From Pelagomonas calceolata (taxonomy: Eukaryota), in contig CAKKNE010000005.1 of the NCBI GenBank assembly GCA_918797485.1, positions 4,588,001 to 4,652,000 of the forward strand: 64,000 nt of DNA, read 5' to 3'. The notes under the pieces are model-generated. The model was given only the letters and a program-made list of their open reading frames with translations, did not search any database and was not told where the DNA came from. Shown here piece by piece: positions 10,512 to 20,514 of the stretch. Numbering within the stretch: position 1 is the first letter of the stretch; each line of letters starts with the position of its first letter. The position numbers and the translations under genes were made by a program.

Positions 10512-12851
10512 TTAGTGGCTCGGCAGCCGCCGCTGCTTCACCGGCGCCGGCCCGACGTCGAGCGGCTTCGCGTTGCGGCGCCCGCGCGCGCTCCTATCTA
10601 AAACCACGGTCTGGGACCAGGTCGACCGCGCCGACGGCGCGAAGCTCTCGACCATGGAACAGAGCTCCTGCTCGACGAGCGACACGTCGAAGGGGTCTAG
10701 ACTTTCAAAGCCGACGCTCATGTCCGTCGACGCCGTCCGCGCGTCGAAGCCCCGCTCCTCCAGACTCGCCAACAGTGTTGACGGTTCGTCCTCGAAGCCC
10801 GCGCCACCCGCGTGCGCCAGGTAGATGCGCGACGCGCCGTGCGTCGCGGCCCGGTCCACGATGTTATCTAACAGCCTGTGTAGAAATCGAAGTGTCGCGA
10901 CGTGCACCCGACTCACTGCTTGACTTCCACACGGCTCAATGCGTCGCCGTCGGCACCGTGCCCTGCGGCGTCGGGCAGACGACGTACCTCCTACCGGGCA
11001 CGCACCCGAGCGTCTCGGCCTCCCTTCGAACATGCGCGCAGAGCACCTTCTCGTCGCCGGGGAAGAGGGCCCCCCGTAGCGTCGCCGCGAGCGTCCGCAC
11101 GCGCTCGGACCGGACGCGATACCGCGCCGCCTCCCGCAGCAGGTCCTGCTCGCCGTCGACGACGAAGAGGGGCGCCCTGCGTTCGTATGCGGCGTCACAC
11201 GGCGGACACGCCATCGCCGCGGACGACACGTCGAAGGGAGGACGCTGAAGACACACAACGCCACGAACACGGCGCCGGCCGCACTAAAACCTTTAAAAGC
11301 TTGAGCCACGTCCGCGGCCCGCGAGTGCGACCGCACGAAGGCCTTCTTCCGCGGCGCCTGGTCGAAGCCCACATTATGTAAAGCTTTGGACAGCCGCTCC
11401 TTATTTAAGGGAGACGCGAGGATCTTGGGCGACGTCTTCCACAACTTTATTACATCCTCGTCGACGAATTCTACAGAAGTGAATTCTCGTAGTGTCCTTT
11501 CGTCGAAGACGTCCCCGAATTTCTTTTTTTGAGAACGCGTATCTCGATAGTGGGGGTCGAAGTACCGAGGAAGTAATAAAGTCCTCCCGACGAGTTTCGC
11601 CACCGTCAAGGCTTCCAGCAGGCCCTCGAACTGGTTGTTCGGGCCGAACGCTAATAAAGGCACGAGGTACTGGCGTTGTACTGTAAGGCGTCGATGCGGC
11701 ACATCACAAGCCTCCCGCGCCTCGGACAACAAACACTTGCGCCCGTGCTCGTTGCCCAGCAACAGGGGCGTGTACGTACCTTCACTAAACCGCGCAAAAT
11801 CATACAACGCGAGCATCCGGGGGCAGTTGTACCAGAAGTTCTGGCACCCATCGAACGAACCTTGGTCGAGATGTTTCAGCGCAGGATATGTCCCCGAGTC
11901 GCAGCACGACGCACTATCCACATCATGAGTCAGATCGCGCACCGACGGCGCGACGCCGAGTTCCGGTAGAGGGTCATCATCTTTCGCGAAGGTCTGCAGT
12001 TTATGGGGTAGGATAATCAGTGTTGGATCTTCATCCATCGCCTTTCCTAGACTTCGGATGCACCGCGCGTGCAGGACCAAGTCCGCGTCGTTGTACATAA
12101 CGTAGGCATAGTCCTCTCCTTGTAACCAGCTTTCACAAATCTCGTTCCTATAGACGTGTCGCTCGCGCCTCGCTCTTTGTATCAAACACCTCTTGAGCGT
12201 CGCTTGCGTCGCTCGAGGTAAATAGGGCAGCTGGCACTTCTCGAGGTTCAGGTTGTGGACCACAACTCGCTCCAGACCTTGTAAAGCTTCTCGCGCTCTC
12301 ATAGCGTGGGCCTCGTCGCACGTCGCCACGATGACTCTGGATAAGGCATCGGTCATGGACATCACAACAGCTCTCAACATTTGTGAAGACAGTGCTTGCC
12401 AATGTTTTGATGAAGGAACGCCCCCGAAGGGCACGATGCCGATGGAGCGTTCCAGATATTGATGAGAGAAGGTATGTCGATGCGTATAGCCATCTAGTCT
12501 AGAAGTGATGTTCCCGAGGAACGTGTCCTGGCCCTGTTTCCCGGGCGCCATCTTGGTGAGGTAACTGAAGTGCTCCACCGAAAAGTCGAAGAAGTCCCGC
12601 GTGAGCGCGGGCGTCGGTTGTAATCCGTTGACGCCTCCATACACATGCGCGTGGACGGCACCTTCGATGTTGCCGATCTTCCTAGGCTCGAATTTCATAA
12701 AGCGCTTCGCCGGCTGGAGCCAGGTCCCGGCGTATATGTCGGGCCAGGCGTAGCCAGTGCCGGGGTCGAGGGGGTTCCGCCGCTCTACTTTCACGACGGG
12801 GGAGCACTGCTGCCCTGCGGCGGCGGCGACTAGCCATAGGGCAGCCCACAT
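10512..12851 (-). CDS. Secreted glycosyltransferase with C-terminal O-fucosyltransferase (POFUT-like) domain; introns 11177-11256 and 10876-10942
   Basis: Signal peptide MWAALWLVAAAAG; FGPNNQFEGLLEALTVAKLVGRTLLLP; CAHVRR (restored after splicing); SLVEQELC..F..STWS. Confidence 0.72.
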   Translation of the reverse strand: MWAALWLVAAAAGQQCSPVVKVERRNPLDPGTGYAWPDIYAGTWLQPAKRFMKFEPRKIGNIEGAVHAHVYGGVNGLQPTPALTRDFFDFSVEHFSYLTKMAPGKQGQDTFLGNITSRLDGYTHRHTFSHQYLERSIGIVPFGGVPSSKHWQALSSQMLRAVVMSMTDALSRVIVATCDEAHAMRAREALQGLERVVVHNLNLEKCQLPYLPRATQATLKRCLIQRARRERHVYRNEICESWLQGEDYAYVMYNDADLVLHARCIRSLGKAMDEDPTLIILPHKLQTFAKDDDPLPELGVAPSVRDLTHDVDSASCCDSGTYPALKHLDQGSFDGCQNFWYNCPRMLALYDFARFSEGTYTPLLLGNEHGRKCLLSEAREACDVPHRRLTVQRQYLVPLLAFGPNNQFEGLLEALTVAKLVGRTLLLPRYFDPHYRDTRSQKKKFGDVFDERTLREFTSVEFVDEDVIKLWKTSPKILASPLNKERLSKALHNVGFDQAPRKKAFVRSHSRAADVAQAFKGFSAAGAVFVALCVFSVLPSTCRPRRWRVRRVTPHTNAGRPSSSSTASRTCCGRRRGIASGPSACGRSRRRYGGPSSPATRRCSARMFEGRPRRSGACPVGGTSSARRRRARCRRRRIEPCGSQAVSRVHVATLRFLHRLLDNIVDRAATHGASRIYLAHAGGAGFEDEPSTLLASLEERGFDARTASTDMSVGFESLDPFDVSLVEQELCSMVESFAPSARSTWSQTVVLDRSARGRRNAKPLDVGPAPVKQRRLPSH
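10876..10934. mobile_element. Short internally deleted introner (GC-AG intron 10876-10942)
   Basis: Degenerate TIRs CTGTGTAGAAATCGA / TTGACTTCCACACGG; splicing restores ...TATLLDNIV. Confidence 0.7.
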
Positions 12852-12961
12852 TGGTGGTTCCTGGTACGCAGCGACGGGCACAGATGCGACGTTAAACTTC
12901 CATCCCTGCGGCGCAGATGGGCAGCATTTGTGTATTGCTCTTTGTCGATTTTTAGCTTTAG

Positions 12962-12981
12962 CTAGCGTAGTAACACACTTG
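12962..12981. promoter_or_regulatory. CTAG bipartite upstream element (degenerate)
   Basis: CTAGCGTAGTAACACACTTG between divergent genes. Confidence 0.45.
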
Positions 12982-13132
12982 CCGCGTGGTGTTGAGACTC
13001 AAGCGACTGCAAAACTGCAGTTACTACAGCCGCAAACCGCATTTGACTTACTATACTGCATCGCTGCCGTCCAGCGCAGCCAACGTGAGCAACGCATATT
13101 GCAACCGCAACATTCCCATTGCAGCAGCAACA

Positions 13133-13870
13133 ATGCATAGAGCAGCAAGCTGGAGCGTCGCACTCGCAGCCGTCGCCGTGGCGCGGCCCGTACCCCTGAA
13201 GCTGCAGCTGCGCACGCGACGACCAGAGGCGGGCAGGGCGGGAGCAAGCTTGCGCGCGATAGGCGTGCGAGGCGGCAGCCGCGACGCGACAGCGATCGCA
13301 ATCCGGGGCGGCAGCTACGACGAGTCGTACGACGACGACTGGAGTGGCGAGGGCTACGCGGGCGGCGACGCCTACGACTACGGCGGCGCGCCGCCCGTCG
13401 ACGCGCCCAAGCAGAATTTGGACGTCAAGGGCTTCGTGCCTGATAGAAAAACAGGTCTCATCATGTGTGCCGCCGGCGCGATGGCGACGATGCTGGGCAT
13501 TTCATTGTTCTTCGAGAAGAATTTGATCCGCGTGGGCAACATCCTATTAGTGTTGGGCGCGCCGATCGTCGTCGGGCCGGCGCGGGCTTCTAGATATGTG
13601 TTGGCACCGGCAAAACTGAGAGCAACTTTAGTGTTTGCGTTCGGCTTCTTCCTCATCTTGTCGGGGCGGCCGTTACTGGGAATTTGTGTGGAGGCGTTCG
13701 GGTTCCTGAACCTGTTCGGGAATCTGTTCCCGATGCTGGGCGTCATGCTGCGGTCACTGCCCTTCGTGCCAGGAGGTGGCAACACAGGTGGGAATTCGGG
13801 AGGGGGCGGCGGCCAGGACTTCGGGGGCATGCCCATGCCGCCTCCCCAAGATGAGTACGGGGGGTACTAA
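13133..13870 (+). CDS. Got1/GOLT1-family vesicle transport membrane protein with N-terminal extension
   Basis: LGISLFFEKNLIRVGNIL..G..; EAFGFLNLFGNLFP..LRSLPFV. Confidence 0.82.
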   Translation: MHRAASWSVALAAVAVARPVPLKLQLRTRRPEAGRAGASLRAIGVRGGSRDATAIAIRGGSYDESYDDDWSGEGYAGGDAYDYGGAPPVDAPKQNLDVKGFVPDRKTGLIMCAAGAMATMLGISLFFEKNLIRVGNILLVLGAPIVVGPARASRYVLAPAKLRATLVFAFGFFLILSGRPLLGICVEAFGFLNLFGNLFPMLGVMLRSLPFVPGGGNTGGNSGGGGGQDFGGMPMPPPQDEYGGY

Positions 13871-13878
13871 CAATCAAC

Positions 13879-15303
13879 TTAGGTAGAGGGCGACACCTTC
13901 GCGTAGCCCTCGAGCGGCGAGTGGTCCTCGGGTCGGAGTGCTGGAGGCACGAGCCCCTGGTGCAGCCGCCGCAGCATGACGCCGTCCATGAGGTTCGCCG
14001 CGGCGCGACCGAATTTCTGAGATGAAAAGGGCGACCCATATCCATAAACGACCTGTGTGGAAATCAACCAGTGGCTCGGTGGAGCCAGGCGTCGCGTCGA
14101 TGGCGTGGAGATTTCCACACAGTAAACGACGTCGTCGCGGATCGCGTTCAGGTAGCGCCACATGTCCCGTTCTTCCGTTTCCGTGACATCCCGCACGGCG
14201 TCCTCGTAAGCCTTCGTGGCGTCCTCGTACAGGAGCCTCTCGTCGACGCGCGGAAACCGTGTATAATCAACATACGTGTCGCGGAACGGCAGGTGCGGGT
14301 GCTCCTTCCCAGACACGAACCAGCCCCAGCCCTCGTGGCACGGCGCCTCGCACCGGCCCCACAATCTTGTACCGACGATGAGCGGGATGCAATCCGCGAC
14401 AATCGCATCGAAGATGCGCCTAGACGTCGGCGTGTCGCCGCACATGACCAAACAAAAGTCTGCCACGCGCATACTATGCGCGAAGGCGTCCTCATCTAAT
14501 AAACGTCGTCGGTGGGATTTGATATGTATCGACGACCGCGGGACACTTTCCAGCCCAAGCGCCTTGCTCCGGTCGCAGCCCGACCACTGCGCGGCGTTCG
14601 GTCTTCTATGGGCCGCGAAGAAGACGGAGATCTCGTGATTATGTAGTTGTGTCGACGTGCCGGCCAGCCTTGACGCGTCCACTACATATGGCGCGGGGAC
14701 CATCCTTCGTAGAGTTTCCTCCTTCCTATCGCCGCCGACCCAGGCCGGGTTCATCTCGAAGACCCCGAAATAACTCTGTTCTAAACCGGCGTGGAGCTTC
14801 GGGAATAGCAGTTGCCTTGCCACTCCGGGATTGATCGACGAATACCCGAAGACGTGGTCGGCGCCCCGGTGGCGCTGGAACCACTTGGAGCTTCTTAGTT
14901 CTTCGATTAAAGCTGAAAGTCGTTCGTCGTGGCCCTGCCCATCAGAATTTTTCGAGAGGGACAGATACGCGGGCACGAAAAACAAACTCGCCGCCTCCGG
15001 ATCCGTCGTGCGGCGTTTGTCGTTGAGCAACGCGCGGTGGACCCAGACCTCGACCAGTTCCTCCGCGATCTTGTAGTGTCTTCTTTGTTGAGGCAGCGCC
15101 GTCGTGATCGCGTCGAAGGCGCCGCCCGCATAGACGTAAAAGGAGTAGTTGCCGACGGCCGCTTGGATACGCTGGCGCTGCTCGGCGTAGGTCGCGTGGG
15201 CTCCCTCGAAGTGGGAGCGGTTCAGCTGGCGCTGGCCGCGGGCCCAGACCGCCGCTTGGCCGCGGGCTCCATTTGTGATCAGGAGGAGGAGGAGCCCTCG
15301 CAT
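13879..15303 (-). CDS. Exostosin-family glycosyltransferase (GT47); intron 14053-14130
   Basis: RTTDPEAASLFFVP, WFQRHRGADH, FCLVMCGDTPTSRRIFDAIVADCIPLIV, LPF. Confidence 0.88.
   Translation of the reverse strand: MRGLLLLLITNGARGQAAVWARGQRQLNRSHFEGAHATYAEQRQRIQAAVGNYSFYVYAGGAFDAITTALPQQRRHYKIAEELVEVWVHRALLNDKRRTTDPEAASLFFVPAYLSLSKNSDGQGHDERLSALIEELRSSKWFQRHRGADHVFGYSSINPGVARQLLFPKLHAGLEQSYFGVFEMNPAWVGGDRKEETLRRMVPAPYVVDASRLAGTSTQLHNHEISVFFAAHRRPNAAQWSGCDRSKALGLESVPRSSIHIKSHRRRLLDEDAFAHSMRVADFCLVMCGDTPTSRRIFDAIVADCIPLIVGTRLWGRCEAPCHEGWGWFVSGKEHPHLPFRDTYVDYTRFPRVDERLLYEDATKAYEDAVRDVTETEERDMWRYLNAIRDDVVYCVEISTPSTRRLAPPSHWLISTQVVYGYGSPFSSQKFGRAAANLMDGVMLRRLHQGLVPPALRPEDHSPLEGYAKVSPST
14053..14122. 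mobile_element. Introner element (78-bp in-frame intron 14053-14130)
   Basis: Perfect 8-bp TSD TAAACGAC at 14045-14052 and 14123-14130; ends CTGTGTGGAAATC / GATTTCCACACAG. Confidence 0.92.
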
Positions 15304-15416
15304 CGCATCGATGGCGGCGGCTGCCCACGGTGGATCGAACCGTGCTCAGGGCGATGTCTGTGGGTTCTGCGACGGACCGGGGCAGCCCTACGCCGCCTCG
15401 CGCCGCGTCGACCGAG

Positions 15417-15438
15417 CTAGCGTGTGTCGACACACTAG
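15417..15438. promoter_or_regulatory. CTAG bipartite upstream element
   Basis: CTAGCGTGTGTCGACACACTAG between divergent genes. Confidence 0.6.
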
Positions 15439-15537
15439 GTTTTCATGCCGACGCTCCCAAGCCGAACACTCTGGTCTGAGGGAGCGAACAATAAGGCCAG
15501 CTCGCAATCCAGTCTCAAACCGAACACATCCGCAGCC

Positions 15538-17244
15538 ATGGCCGCCCAGCGTCCCGAGGCGCCCGCGCCTCAGAACGCGGCTGATGACAGTGATGGGGGC
15601 AGCCTGCGGCGCCGGCTCCCGAGGGCTGCCTGGGACTGCTTGGCAGCCCATGTGGCGTCTCCGGAATTTGCCCTGGTCCTACCTGCGGTGTCGAAGACCT
15701 TCTGCCGAATCCTCGACGGAGCGCCGGCCTGGGCGCGCGTGTGGGCCGCGCTGACCGCGCGCCGGTCCACGCATTTAGAATTCGCCAAGTGCAAGCCGTG
15801 GAACTACCGTGAGTCGCGACCCTACACCAAGGCCGAGCTCAGGGCGATTCAGGAGGAGAGGGCCGAGCTCAGGGCGATTCAGGAGGAGAGGGAGGCACGC
15901 CTCGAGGAGGAAATGCGGGCGAGAGACAGTGACGCCGGCATGATCGACTGGCCAGCAAGGTTGGAAGCTGCAGGCGCGGAGACGAAGCGGCGACGCGAGG
16001 CAGAGCGGCGACGCGAGGCAGATAATTCGTTCGGCATGCCGGTCGGAGAGCCCTCCGTTCACGCAGGTGGCCCGTGGTTTTTTAAGGGTCCCGGCGTGAG
16101 CGATGAGGCCACGCGCTCCAATGCCCTGCCCCAACGCTCGAGCCCCTACCCCAACGCTCAGTGGCACAATGACTCAGACTCGGACAGGGACTCGGATTTG
16201 GACTTGGAGTCGGACTCGGACGTCTCGGACGCCTCGGGATCGGGCGACGATACTGATTCAGACGCCGCCAAGTCGGATGCAGGCGAGTCAGACGCCCCCA
16301 AGCCATCCGACGCGGACGCTGACGCCCCTGTCCATCCACGCGTCCTGCTGGCCAAATCGCAGGAGGCGCAGTATTGGAGGCGCCTGCGCGGCGCGCTGGA
16401 GGCGTGGGCCGCGCGCCTGCCAGCGGCCAAGGGTGCCGCCGTGCGGGACTTTGCAATGCGTTCCTCCTGCGACGTCTTCATCACCGCCGAGGCGGAAAGA
16501 CAAGTCCTCACAAAACGGGGGAAAAAGGCCTACTTGGGTTCCAAACTCGTCTCCATCGCAACGTTGACCGTCAACGAGGTCTTGCTGCGCGTCGTGGTGG
16601 TGCCGGAGTGCTGGTGTCATGGCGGCTATGATTCGCAGCTGAGCCAGAGCTTGACTTGTTCGTTTAAGTGTCCTGGAGAGGAGTGGGTCTCGCCCATCGA
16701 CTACGAGTCTGACGAACGATGCTTTAACAAGGCCAACGACAACCGGAGCTCCGTGGCGCGCGGCAACCTGCTCCTGGACATGGCACGTGCGGTAGGGGTA
16801 GGGGCACTCGACGTGCCAGAACTCGTGCACCTGCTGTTTTTACTCGCGGGAACGCATCCGGTGGTGGGGCACATCTTTTGCGAGCCCTCTATCATCTCCG
16901 ATTGGATCGCGTGCGTCGACGCGGCGCGCAGCGGCGAGCTCAAGAGCGAACGACGCAATGTCTATCGCCCCGAGTCGATCGCGTATGAACACTGGCACAA
17001 AAAGCCGGCAGAAAACCGGCCCGACCTCTCGGCGTTCGGGTCTCTGCTGATGTTCAGCGGGTACAATCACGGTCCTAGTGAATACACACACTCGCGCCAG
17101 TACGCGGCGTACTACGCGCAGAGGGGCTTTGACGATTTATGGGAGGAGAGTGGCTTTGAGCGGCCGGTATGTATATCCAGTCCCGACGACGACCGCGACC
17201 AGCCCGTTCGCATGAGGCGGTCAGGTTATAAGAATCGAAACTAA
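15538..17244 (+). CDS. Hypothetical protein with N-terminal F-box-like motif and acidic linker
   Basis: LPRAAWDCLAAHV..LVLPAVSKTFCRIL..W; internal 30-nt duplication (AELRAIQEER x2, about 15831-15890). Confidence 0.55.
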   Translation: MAAQRPEAPAPQNAADDSDGGSLRRRLPRAAWDCLAAHVASPEFALVLPAVSKTFCRILDGAPAWARVWAALTARRSTHLEFAKCKPWNYRESRPYTKAELRAIQEERAELRAIQEEREARLEEEMRARDSDAGMIDWPARLEAAGAETKRRREAERRREADNSFGMPVGEPSVHAGGPWFFKGPGVSDEATRSNALPQRSSPYPNAQWHNDSDSDRDSDLDLESDSDVSDASGSGDDTDSDAAKSDAGESDAPKPSDADADAPVHPRVLLAKSQEAQYWRRLRGALEAWAARLPAAKGAAVRDFAMRSSCDVFITAEAERQVLTKRGKKAYLGSKLVSIATLTVNEVLLRVVVVPECWCHGGYDSQLSQSLTCSFKCPGEEWVSPIDYESDERCFNKANDNRSSVARGNLLLDMARAVGVGALDVPELVHLLFLLAGTHPVVGHIFCEPSIISDWIACVDAARSGELKSERRNVYRPESIAYEHWHKKPAENRPDLSAFGSLLMFSGYNHGPSEYTHSRQYAAYYAQRGFDDLWEESGFERPVCISSPDDDRDQPVRMRRSGYKNRN

Positions 17245-17274
17245 AGTTAGTACCTGGCCGTCGACGCGAGCCCC

Positions 17275-18018
17275 TCATAAATTGAGGTGCCCACCAACGT
17301 GCAGCACCAGAAAGCAAACACCTCCCGCCCAGAATCCCATCGAGATGACGAGCCACACAACTCCCCAGCCGCGCGCCGGACAGATCGGACACAGCTGCGC
17401 GCAGACCACCGCGTCGGACTTCGTCTGGGCATCGTTCACATATCTCCGAACGCAGTCGTCGTAGATGTCGTAGACGGAGAAGACGGAGACGTAGGTCGTC
17501 ACGAAGAGTAGCACGTACTGGGCCACGAGACGAACCGTGCCGCCCTCTAGGCTCGCCCAGGCGAGAAACACGCAGATGCCCAGAAAGAATACGCTCAGCA
17601 TGCCGGTGGTCGCGCGGTCGTCGTTGCGTTTCGTCCACAGCAAACTCAGGAGCGTCGCTAGTAATGCGAGCCCGAGCGACGCCGCGACGGCGAAAATGCC
17701 CCACCGGTAGTCGAGGACCGCGGTGCAAATTGCGGCCCAAAGAGCGCCACCCAAGTAGCCGGCAGGAGTCACGCAGAGGCGCCAGCCGCCGCGGTACCTT
17801 GTGACACCTCCTTCGTTTATGTTGACCTCGACGCCGTCGACGCGGCCGCCCGTCGCGAGGCAGGCGCACGCGTGACAGCCCTCGTGCACGAAGACCGCGA
17901 GCAATTTGAACGGCTTGACGACGGCGTCGACGCGCCACGTCCCGAGGATGAGCACCGTGTAGGCGCAGACTGCCACTATGACATCGATTTGGTGGGCGTT
18001 GCAGCACAGCGACCCCAT
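17275..18018 (-). CDS. Peptidase M50B-like intramembrane metalloprotease
   Basis: HEGCH (HExxH), TGGRV, EGGVT, PAGYLG, YDIYDD, SDA motifs; multiple TM segments. Confidence 0.85.
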   Translation of the reverse strand: MGSLCCNAHQIDVIVAVCAYTVLILGTWRVDAVVKPFKLLAVFVHEGCHACACLATGGRVDGVEVNINEGGVTRYRGGWRLCVTPAGYLGGALWAAICTAVLDYRWGIFAVAASLGLALLATLLSLLWTKRNDDRATTGMLSVFFLGICVFLAWASLEGGTVRLVAQYVLLFVTTYVSVFSVYDIYDDCVRRYVNDAQTKSDAVVCAQLCPICPARGWGVVWLVISMGFWAGGVCFLVLHVGGHLNL

Positions 18019-18380
18019 AGCTATTTGTACTGAGCTTTTCACAGGACAACGACGTCGATATTCTGATGCTCTTGAACGAGTTTCGCGCCCCAGAGCCGGG
18101 TACTCTGGCAAAACCCAAGAATTTTTTTTAAAGTATATATACTAGTTACTCGGTTTTGGGGACGCTAGCCTAGCTCAGGGGGGATGGACGACTAGAAGCA
18201 GGCCCAAGAATTTTTGCCCAGTGTAAAACCCGTTTTTCCGATCGCATGGAAAGACTGCGGACTCCTATAACACAAGCACCCTTACGCCGCTAAAAGGTGC
18301 TGTCACACGCGAACGAGCAACGTGGAGTTCCGGTCAGAGCCTCGACGCCGTCGACGCGGCGGCCGCGCGAGACCAGGACC

Positions 18381-19050
18381 CTAGGGGAAGCTCGCCATGG
18401 CGAGGCTGAAGCCCGTCGCGAAGCCTCCACACAGAGGAATGTGTTTCTTGGCGAACCTTGCCAGCTTGCGCTTCAGCTTTCCCATTGTTTTGAGGTTGTC
18501 CCCGGAAATGAACTCCTTGCCCTTCTCCTTCATGAGCGCCTCGAACTTCTCCTCGGCTTCGACGAACTTCGCGTGCTGCTCCTCGATCATGACTGCATAC
18601 TTCTCAAACCCTAATTTCGCGAGGATCTCGGGGGCATGCATCACCACATACCCGATCGCGGCGACGGGCACCAGACTATACGCGAAGCTTTTCACTACTT
18701 TACCGCTCACGAAGCCGGCCGCGACGCCCGCGTACAGGTTCTTGTTCTTCATGTTCAGGGCCTCGCGCCTGCGACGTGTAACGAGTTGTATGGGCCACGA
18801 CGATGCCGCCTGGCGCGAGACGCGCGGGCGTCGACGGCCGGCCCTTGGCGGACGACCGATCGCGCGCGCAAAATCGCGCGCGCAAACGCCGTCGCTCCGA
18901 TGACGATGTGTTGCGCATAAATGATAAATTGTGCGCTGCGAAACCGCACAGGATAGGATTGCTAATCATGTCAGTGATCGCGTTGTCATCCTGCGCTGCA
19001 GCGCCGTTCGCGCAGAGGCCGACGAGCGCTGCGAACAGATACGTCCTCAT
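18381..19050 (-). CDS. FUN14-family membrane protein; intron 18769-18949
   Basis: GVAAGFVSGKVVK and C-terminal GGFATGFSLA; a GT-AG intron joins the signal-bearing first exon in frame (NPIL|REALNMK). Confidence 0.6.
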
Positions 19051-19757
19051 CGTTTATTGCTGTGCGAGTGTCTTGCGCGTGAGCAATCGAGCTGTGCTGG
19101 CTTTGCGGGAGAAGAGCTAGCTAGATCCATAGACGCTTTAGACGTAGCGCTAGGTTTTGACTCCGGCGTGACGTGGGCGCGTGGTTCGCGATCGCTCACA
19201 ACGGCCTGAGGCAGCCCGGGACGCATAAATTGCACAGGCAGCCGGGACGCGGGCGCGCCTGCGCGGGTGCTGCCTCTGCAGGTGCGCGCGCCCCGGGCAC
19301 GTTGCAGTGCGCTTGGACGACTCCTCGCGTGCCGTGGACCTCGTATGAACGCCGAGACGCCGATTTACTGGCACCTGGCATTTTAGCACAATTTTAGCAG
19401 CCGCAGCTTTAGCAATAAAAGGCAGGACGCCGCCTCTGTTTAGCCCTGTGAACCTCAAACGCAGTAGGTAGCGGCGTCGTTAACTGTACAAGTCTCTGGA
19501 ACCCCGGAATCCGCGGCGGATGCTGGCGAGGCAGCATTTTAGCCAGCAACATCTGCTGCTATTTTGCCCCCAGAAACGCAGGACGCGCGCGGCGAAGCAG
19601 CTAAAACCACTCGTGCGCGGTGGATAAGCTGGTACTGGGCCCGCAGCCTCCCAAAAAACAGAGAAGCACACACCTGACAGCCGGCGGTCGACGTTCTCGG
19701 CAGCTGCGGACCGTTCCCAACCCACGCAGGCGGCCGCAAACAAGGAAGCAGGACGCC

Positions 19758-20473
19758 ATGGTGACGTCCAAGACCAGCACGGTCCAGAAGTTCCCGAAGC
19801 CGCGGGGCCGCGCGCCGAAGAACGCGAGCGGCCAGCCCGCGACGTGGGACCCCGACCGCGGCGAGTGGACGGGCGTCGTAAAAAAGACGAAGCCCGACGG
19901 CGTGCCGAAGCCCCGGGGACGAGCCCCCCTCGGCGCGACCTGGGACTACGACAAGGGCGAGTGGGTCGGCGGCACGAAGCCGTCGAAGCCCAAGCCGAAG
20001 ACGCCGAAGTCACCCAAGCCCGCGGGCGCGAAGAAGCCCGCCGCGAAACCTGCCAAAAACGCGAACGACAAGTTTCCGAAGCCGCGTGCCCGCCGCGTCC
20101 TTGCCTGATCGCCGTCGCGTCGCCTGCCCGTGCGTCGCGTCGACGCTATGCGGTGCTCTTCTTGGGCAGCCCTCCATTGCTACGGCGCGCCGTCGCGCCG
20201 ATGGCGTGGAAGTCGACGCGGCACGCCATCGACGCGCCGCTTCGGCAGCACCACGACGGTATCACGCGCAGGCGCGGCCGGGCGCCGCTAGACTCGACGG
20301 GCGCGCCGGCCGCCTGGGACAGCGAGACGGGCGTCTGGGTCGGCGTCGCCAAGAAAACGAAGCCCGACGGCGTGCCCAAGCCGCGCGGGCGGGCACCGCT
20401 CGGCGCGGAGTGGAACTACGAGACGGGCGAGTGGGAGGGCGGCGCCAAGACGTCGGCCAAGAAGAAGAAGTGA
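19758..20473 (+). CDS. Small basic protein of four PKPRGRAP-x-W[DN]xxxG[EV]W repeats; GC-AG intron 20084-20271
   Basis: Splicing restores the third repeat KFPKP|RGRAP; Lys/Pro-rich linkers; C-terminal KKKK. Confidence 0.75.
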
Positions 20474-20514
20474 CGCGCCGAATGTCACTGGTGTAAAACA
20501 TTACAAGAATAATA

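Noticed and set aside
18142..19153. Possible extra CTAG elements at about 18142-18168 and 19117-19153 (also about 59052)
   Set aside because: Spacing and core deviate too far from the consensus to count without a PWM.
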